A stretch of DNA of 64,000 nucleotides from Octopus sinensis (Eukaryota), in contig NC_043010.1 of assembly GCF_006345805.1 (NCBI RefSeq), positions 64,232,001 through 64,296,000 on the forward strand, given 5' to 3'. Shown in pieces: positions 55,911-64,000 of the stretch; position 1 is the first letter of the stretch, and each line of letters opens with the position of its first letter. The notes under the pieces were generated by a model, which searched no databases, was not told the DNA's origin, and was given only the letters and a program-made list of their open reading frames with translations. The translations under genes and the position numbers were made by a program.

Positions 55911-56319
55911 GTTAACATTTTGTAGAATATGTTTCAAAGTTAATAATTCCTGGGTGTTTTCTTACAAGAATACTATAGCTGTTGGAATTTATATTTTCAC
56001 TCAATCTTAAAGTGCAAACACGACTATGAAGACATTAAAGATTCATTTTCAGCCATAGGTGTCATACTTCGAAAAATTTGGGAGATATCAGTATCAGTCG
56101 ATTAAACCAATTCCGGTATTGCTAAATTTTTTTTAATATTATTAATTCTGGAAGAATGGAAAGTGGAGTTAATGTCAACAGAATTTGAACTTCAGACGTA
56201 AATGGCCAAAGCTAAATACTGCAAGGATTTTGCAATACACTGCAACAATTCTTTCAATTTCGTATCTTTTTTCTATGTCTCATCAAAAGGAAACAAAAAG
56301 AAATCAACAAATTCATTAT

Positions 56320-56636
56320 GGCGAGGCTGGCAACGGACCGCCCCGTTTCGTGTCCGTTGCCAGCCTCGCCTGGCCCTTGTGCCGGTGGCACATAAAAAGT
56401 ACCATCCGTTCGTGGCCGTTTGCCAGCTCTGTCTGGCACCTGTGCGGGTGGCACGTAAAAAGCACCCACTACACTGACGGAGTGGTTGGCATTAGGAAGG
56501 GCATCCAGCCGTAGAAACACTGCCAGATTTGACTGGGCCTGATGAAGCCTTCTGGCTTCACAGACCCCAGTAGAACCGTCCAACCCATGCTAGCATGGAA
56601 GACGGACGCTAAACGACGATGATGATGATGATGATG
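56320..56636 (+). mobile_element. Short RTE 3'-end insertion, present only in copy 3
   Basis: Nearly identical to 5027-5323 including the (GAT)n tail; absent at the equivalent site (~37743) in copy 2. Confidence 0.92.
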
Positions 56637-58695
56637 AGGTATCAAAATTTTCATCACGCAGCTGTAAAATGGTTCTTGACATAGATCCACTGCAATGCTG
56701 AGTTAGTGACCAATTCGCAGTTGTGCGTCAATATGTTTAACATCACGTCAAATTTTATGAGATTTACCGGTTTTGTGTGCTCTAGATTAAATGGCTGTTC
56801 CACGATGTAGTTGATTCAAGTTACTTCTTGTACAACTAGGAATATAAACAAAACCAGAGGGATCTATTTTGCTGACTTCCTTATTAAGTAAATAGATTAA
56901 GTTATGAATGAAAGAAAAGCGATATTGATATTTTTATCAATATATTTCAAGTGTTGAATTTTTAAAGATAAACGTACCTTATTTCTTCTTCAATCAATTT
57001 TTTGTTTACATAGTAATGCTAGTAAATAAAGGAAGTACTTTATATTAAGTACATCATTTTGTCTTTTCTGCTTTAAATATTGTTATTCGTTCGTGGGCAC
57101 ATCTAATTACCACCTCAAGGTAAATCATTGTATTGCGCGCCCAGTTTGGGTATTATTACAAGATTATTAAAATTCGTAAAATAGAGAAGTTCATATATAG
57201 TAAAGAAAAGTAAAATTTAGACATCAGAGAAGGTCAGTCGAAGAAATAAACCATCTCCTAATTTCGTTGTCAAATTAGAGAGATAATGGATCAATCAACA
57301 AGAGTTAATGACAGAGATTAGAAGATAGTTTAATCCGCCATTGGAAGAAGAAAAAGGATCGGATTCTATCTGAATCTGAGTGTCTGACTTGTAGAGCGGA
57401 CAGTTTATAAGCAGACATATGCGATTTTTGTTGAGTAGTACTTAACAGGGGCAACTATTGGTATAGTAGTTACTCAAAATATATGTTTAGATAAGAGTAA
57501 AGATTTTTAAAATATTCAAGCCATGAAATATAAGAGAAATTCAGTATAGTTACCACAAAGGTCCGAACTCTACACATTCCTTTTAATCTTAAACTGCACA
57601 TAACTTCCAATAACAGATATGCATCACTATCATATGTTACTTTCATTCCTCATTCTAAGTGAACCCTAAAAATTAAATCACTCCAAAGCTAGCGAAGAAC
57701 AAATTGTGTTGGTACAGCAAAATCTAACCCTTACAATCTCTATAACTCCATTAGCAAACATTTGCATATACAACGCCTTCACAACTACTGCAATATCAAT
57801 TTTTCATACTCCTTCAAACATATCTGTTACACAACCCCAACACTGCTACAACCCAAAGGACCACGAAAGAAATTTTGTTAGGATTGATTGATTTGTTAAA
57901 AATAGCAGCCAAATGCCATTCAAATTGCATTCTCCATCTTAAAAGATATTTTACACTTAAAAACCAACAGCGAAATGACCTTAGATATCTGATCAATAAC
58001 AGTGGTCGTGGTCGAAGCAGCAACAATACTTTCAACACTATTCTGAAGAGAATATCCATCCAGGGAAACACACACACACACACATCCTGACTGCAAGAAA
58101 TAGTAGCCAAATCTTCCTCAAATCACACACTACCCTCTATAAAGAAAGAATACATAAGAAATTTAGCTATTCAGATACTGTATAGAGAAAATAACATGTA
58201 AATCATGGGTGGTCATGGTTTGGGGCCAAACCACTCCAAGAACCACCTTAAGCGCTCTCTAGATTTCACATTTGTCCTCGAGGAGTTCATCACTTGGACC
58301 GACAAGCATACAAAAAATTGACTGGGCAAAAAAAAAAACACATGTCCCAACTGACAATAATTCATATTCAGCATGTATTAGTGCAAAGGCCCACCAAGTG
58401 GTGAAGGCTTCGTATATCAAGTGTAATAGATCTGTGACTTGCACTTACTCTTTCGATCAACTATTATAGATATGCTCATCGTATCTGATTTTAAACTGAA
58501 CTCTGCAATAACAGAAACAGCATTTGATAAATGGCATCGTAAGAAAATCCTTCACATAATTCTTTCGGTAGCTTTTAACTTGTCTCTTCTAATTCTTAAT
58601 TCATGTAGTCGGTAAAGTGTATCTGATATTTAAACTTTAACAGAGTCTGTGTAACGTCAAATCTGGTGAATATTAAAAGAAGTTGTTCTTTTCAG

Positions 58696-58830
58696 AGTGT
58701 CCTGGTGGAAAGTATGGTACTGGCTGTAATGCGGAATGCAGCTGTCGAAATAATGACGTGTGCGACAGAGTCACTGGAAAATGCCCACATGGATGTCCAC
58801 CTGGTTTCACGTCAGGCACTTGTAAAGAAG
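58696..58830 (+). CDS. EGF-like exon A3
   Basis: ttcttttcag acceptor, G|gttaat donor, 135 nt. (Q)CPGGKYGTGCNAECSCRNNDVCDRVTGKCPHGCPPGFTSGTCKE. Confidence 0.88.
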
Positions 58831-59647
58831 GTTAATAACGTTTGCTTTCTGTTGTCATTGTGTATTGCAATTGTTGTTCTTTTTAGTTATGTATTCTGAG
58901 ATGCTAATACAAGATATAGCAAAGATTACCAACAAGGGTGACAGTACTGTGTGTGACATGGAACAGTGTACTAACAATGCACTTGCTTTTGCAGCAAAAT
59001 ATAAAAAACAAGGGAGACAACAAGATATACAAACTAGAGAAACAACAGCCTAAGCTAACAACATAACAAAGATACTAAAACAGGGGTACAGCAAGGGGTA
59101 CATCACAGGGAACGACACATTGTGATGACAAGGAAGTAATAACATGTATTGTCAACGTTGACTGCATAGTATACTAACATGGGCGAAGAACGTGTGCTAA
59201 CAGGGAAGATAACAAAGTATGCAAGAGTCGCACAGCGTGTACTAAGGAGGGAGATGGCAGAAGATTGTGTGCCTGAAGACATCTAACTAATTGTTTGAAA
59301 TAGTCGTCTGTCTATACATTTTTAGATTTCTGTTGGTTAAAGTTTTTGACTTTACAAAGTTTTGGGTTGGTTGATTTATTAAGAAGCTAGTTTAGCTTGT
59401 TTAAGGTTCGATTTCGATGCAAAAAAAGTTTGGCAAATATCTTCTGTGAAAGTCCTGGTTTGATTCAAGCCTTGTGAATGAAACAAACCATCTGGAAGCT
59501 TCAGGAAAACTCTGTGAAATTTGCAAGAGAATATGGTTCTGTCTTCAGTTGGTGTCGACTATGATGCCAGTAATATTGTGTCACTGATATTTAAAAGGCA
59601 ACAATAAATTCGTAAGTTAAAACGTGTTTCTTCTGGGTTTTTTTCAG

Positions 59648-59779
59648 CATGCCCTAAAGGCACATATGGAGATAACTGTAGTAAAACCTGTCATTGTATT
59701 GACGACAGTTGCAACCCAATATATGGTCAGTGTGCTCATGGATGTGTTGCTGGATATCAGGGTATAAACTGTCAAGCAT
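59648..59779 (+). CDS. EGF-like exon B3
   Basis: ttttcag acceptor, T|gtgagt donor, 132 nt. (A)CPKGTYGDNCSKTCHCIDDSCNPIYGQCAHGCVAGYQGINCQA. Confidence 0.9.
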
Positions 59780-62700
59780 GTGAGTATGAAACAACTGATT
59801 ATACCATTGGAATTATGAAGTAATTTCAAAGTGAATATATTTAGTTCAAATCACTTATGGACGAATTTTATGTTAGGACTTCACCTGCCAGAATTTATCT
59901 GGCCTTCTGTGATTGGCCTAGTGTAATTCTTTTTCTCATTTGACTGAAAATTACCCCGCCAACCTACTCTCTTGAGGATTTTCTTTTCAAGTATATTTTT
60001 TGTTTCGCTTTCTAATTTGTCCATGCGAATTTATGTGGATAATGGGTTACTACCAGTAACTCTATATATCCTCAAGCTTTCGTTAATCTTTCAAGTGCTG
60101 AAAACCCTTCTGATAATCTTTCCTGTCCCTAAGAGGCAAACTCTCTGTGGAAGCTCTTCAGGACATTCTATTCCAATCTCTTCCAACCATTCATCTATAT
60201 CCTTACTCCCAGATCCTAATGCACCAATTATTGCAGACACAACCTTTACATATTTCATGCTCCAAATCCTTGCAATTTCAAATTTTAAAGGATTGGATTT
60301 TAAAATGTTTTTCTTCTTTCTTAACAATCCTGGAATCGAACGGACACGATGGATCAATTAGTAAGCAACTTCGCATTTCCTTGTCTATTAGTGGTATATC
60401 TGTTTATTGTTTCCTAGCTTCTTATCTGGTTGAATGGGAAAATCCATAAAATCTTGCTTTCTCCGACTCAAGACCCTCTAGCAACCCTGGTGATACCAAG
60501 TACTTTGAGCTGAAAATCCCATAAAATCTTGCTTTCTCCGACTCAAGCACCCTCTCAACCCAATGGTGATACCAAGTACTTTGAGCTTCAAATCCCCATT
60601 TCTGATGAAGCGCCCAGTGAAAAACTTGCAATACTTGGTCATGTCTCCATTTCGTATATTCTGTATGAGCCAACCTGGGATATTCTGCAACAATGTGCAC
60701 CATTGTTTTATCTCAAATACCTCACACTTTACATTTTGCTGACACCTCCCCATACACATATTTTTTCAAATTATTTGTTTTTATAGCTTTATCTTCAGCT
60801 GCTTTAACAAGGAACTCTGTTTCTTTTTTTAAATGCCCTTTTGTTTTTAATGAAGCCCAGATTTTTGTTTCACGTACATCTTCAGTGGCTTTCAAATACT
60901 GACCATGCAGATTTTTTTTTCAATCTGTTTATAATGCTCTCTTTGAATATCATTTTCGTCTTTTCCTCCTATTTCCACATTTGACCACCTGCTATCTATT
61001 CACTGCCTTTAGTATTTCTGTGTGTTGTTCTATAGTAGCCTACTATATTTTAGCAGGCTTTGTCTGTGTTCTTTCAAGACCATACTTCTCATGCAATCTC
61101 TAGTGAACAAACTTAGCCCTGTTATCGTGCCTCTTTTTGTATTCTTTTTGGATTAGTTTGTAAATTCACTCACAATATGTGAGATTATTTCGTTTTTTGA
61201 TGCCATAAACCCACAAAGAGCGATTCATTGTTCTTGTCTATTTGGACCTTGGAGTAATTATTTCTCAGGGTTTGTTCCTGGGTACTACATATCAATGCCT
61301 ATGTGCATCTCTGCTGTTCCACTGGCAGCTTGTCATACGCACAGTTAGTTACATTCCTGATCAACTTCCAAATCAGTAGTAAGCAGGAGAATGGCCGGTA
61401 ATTTTCCACTGCATTACATTTACTGGAGTCCTTTTTGGTAAAGAGCTGTTTCCCTGTGGCAATGCATTTTGGGATTTATACCCTTTTGTTGATCATTTTA
61501 TCCATTTGCATCTATTCTTTTGTATAATTCTGGGAAATTTTCCAGCCATTACCTTTGTACCCATCCGAGCCAGGGACACTTCCAGTTGAGATCATTGTTG
61601 TCTTCTCGGTCACCATTTCAGTTGATATTCGTATACTGCTCTGTTCCATTTAAATTTTCTCGGATCTTAATTCCTTCAAGCATCTTTCTGGTGATTTTTC
61701 CATTATCTCAGATGTTACTCTAAACTCCTACTTTTTCAGCGTCCAGTTTCTCATTGCTGCTAAAGTGAAAATGTCAAATATAAAAATATAAAACATTGGA
61801 ATGAACAAGAATGACACTAAAAACTGTACAAGAGGGTAGAGTGTGGACTCTCAGAGCCTTGACTAGCAACTCACCTAGTGATGGTGTCACAATAAAAATA
61901 CTGGTGGTTGCACAATCTTACAATGGTACCTCTAAATGAGTGATGTCAAAATTAAATAATAACCACAACTGCACTAACAGGATTGGAAACTGTAAACGGT
62001 GTAAAGATGTCGCGCTCGGCAGGCAGGGAGTATCTGGTCAAGTTCTGGCAGATTGTCATCAAGCTATTGGTCAGGACCAAAGTCGCAGTCAAAAGTGCAA
62101 AATAAAAAGAATGAAATGGGGAAAAGAAGTAAACTAAATAGTAATCGAATACTGGCTGAGAAGTGAGCCAAATAAAAGAGGCTTCATGAATCAAATAAAG
62201 AGAATATTTGGAAGAAAGGAGGCTTTGAAGCATCCACCCTGTGACTGATAGACTAAACAAGAGTAATGTGTGGGGACGACTGGATTATGGCAGTAGAGAT
62301 TGAAGAAATTCAGATAAACATAATAATATAATTAGCAGAAGGAGAGTGAAACAACGGTAGCAGAGAGCGGTATTGATGAAGGGTAAAACAAGGAAGAATA
62401 TGAAACGGATGGAAAGAATTGACACAAAAAAAAAGCCAAATTAATAAAAAAATGATGATAAATGCAAAGGTTTCGAATAGCATAGACTGTTCCAATAAAA
62501 TAGAAGACGTCTATATGAGGAAACAGAGGGATGCCAACATTAAGAACTGATTTGACATGCGGAAGAAAGTAAAGAATTTGGAGGAAGACTGTAGAAGAAG
62601 CCGGCGAGATATAAAGAAAGCGCAGAGTGGCTAAGAAAAGTAGAAAGGGTGTTTTGTTCAATATCCTTAAACAACCTTTATTCAGAGACCTTTTGAGCGG

Positions 62701-64000
62701 GATGGGTTACTCGACCAGTAGAAAATTCTAACTGTGCCCCACCTGCAAGGTAATGCGCTGTTTATCTTGATATGAGATCACCATCTTGCGCACATATAGT
62801 TGGAATGCATGTGCCTGGTGTACCCTTATCAGACGGGTAGTCATGATGGGTATACTGGGCTTCGTATATTTTACCCCAGTGTCACTTTGATGGCATGCAC
62901 TGCTCTCTCACTCAATAATAATAATAATAATAATGAAAATTGGCAGGAAAATCCACAAGCTACTAACTTGTAATAAGATGCACCATCCAAAGGCAGACGT
63001 GGATCGCCTTTACCTTCCCAGAGCTCAGGGAGGTCGAGGTTTGATCCAGCTTGAAACTTACATACAAAAGACCCACAATCGGACTGGCCAAATACCTTGA
63101 AAGCAACCAACGGTTGGATGCTAAAACTTGTTGAAAAACATGAAAGGGCCTAAAAAACTTCACTCTATTCTAAAAGAGAGCAAAAAATTGCTGCTGATCT
63201 CTTAGATACCACCAGATTGAGCAGGCTGAAGGAAATGCGCCAACTACAGCTGTAATTAAATAAAATTAATGCAAAAGACAAAAGCACATGAAAATTTAGC
63301 TAGCAGATGGGAAACAGAAACCTTTCCATGGCAAGTATGTGGCCCGTAGCAAACAAGCTATGTCCACCAGAAACACACGCACCAATGGTTACGAAGTTCA
63401 GGGCTAAAAGCAGAGAGTGAAGGTTTCATATTAGCTGCTGAAGACCAAAGCTTTTTTACCCGCAACTACCAAGCCAAAGTGTGATGAAAAATGGAGAGCG
63501 ACCCCAAAATGCCGATTCTGTAACGATGAGATGAAACAAAGACCACCCTAATCTCAGGGTGTTTAGAGTCTTAGCACCTGCAGAATATAAAGGCAAGACA
63601 TGACAGAGTCGGCCAGTATACAATGGAACAATATGTCGGCATTACAAAACAAAACCGCTGACAATTGGTATAAACATCATAATGAAGCTGTGACTGAGGG
63701 AGAAAACGTGTCGATTTATGGTCTTTCCCAGGCAGACCACAGGACTATAAAAGCTAATAAACCGGATATCATTATAAAAGATCAGACACAAAGGATGTGT
63801 TTATTCATTGATATGAGTATTCCTGTGATCACAATATAGCGGCGAACGAATTGAGAAGATTAGTAAATATAAAGACCTGCTAATGTAAATTGAAAAAAAT
63901 GTGGCATCTCAAGACGACTACAGTACCAGTGATTGTAGGATCTCTAGGAATGATACAAAAAAAGGTACTGAACCTATTTGAAAATGATTCCAGGTTTACC

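Larger units (their letters stand above)
55727..64000 (+). repeat. Intragenic tandem duplication unit, copy 3 (partial: exons A3, B3; runs off the window)
   Basis: ttaacatcatgac..cccttggct matches 16171 onward; colinear with copies 1 and 2 to the window end. Confidence 0.9.

Noticed and set aside
21129-59779. DGR-like or RT-driven hypermutation as the cause of exon diversity
   Set aside because: Substitutions are not adenine-specific, no template repeat is visible, and nearby RTs are ordinary defective LINEs.
8441-59779. Assigning the symbol MEGF10/MEGF11 or SCARF1
   Set aside because: Only the repeat type is shared; the lectin-like head differs and orthology cannot be shown from this window.

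Overview
Eukaryotic, AT-rich DNA crowded with microsatellites and transposons. The repeat content (tRNA-derived SINEs, RTE/CR1/R4/Tx1/CRE LINE relics, mariners, Penelope-type ends) suggests a mollusc, probably an octopus; this is an inference. One plus-strand gene crosses the window as 10 small phase-1/phase-1 exons that the ORF track mostly misses. These are the C-terminal part of an F-type-lectin/galactose-binding-like domain (..LSLCEVEII) followed by nine 8-cysteine EGF-like exons of the MEGF10/CED-1/SCARF type. From ~16.2 kb onward the gene is a tandem array of a ~18.7-18.9 kb unit with three EGF exons (A, B, C): two complete copies and one partial copy. The main observation is that introns and dead transposons are nearly identical between copies, while the exons differ at 21-28% of bases between copies 1 and 2. 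By hand count, 55 of the 56 changed complete codons are nonsynonymous and every Cys codon is unchanged. This fits a receptor ectodomain under strong diversifying selection after intragenic duplication. All counts and coordinates were read by eye.
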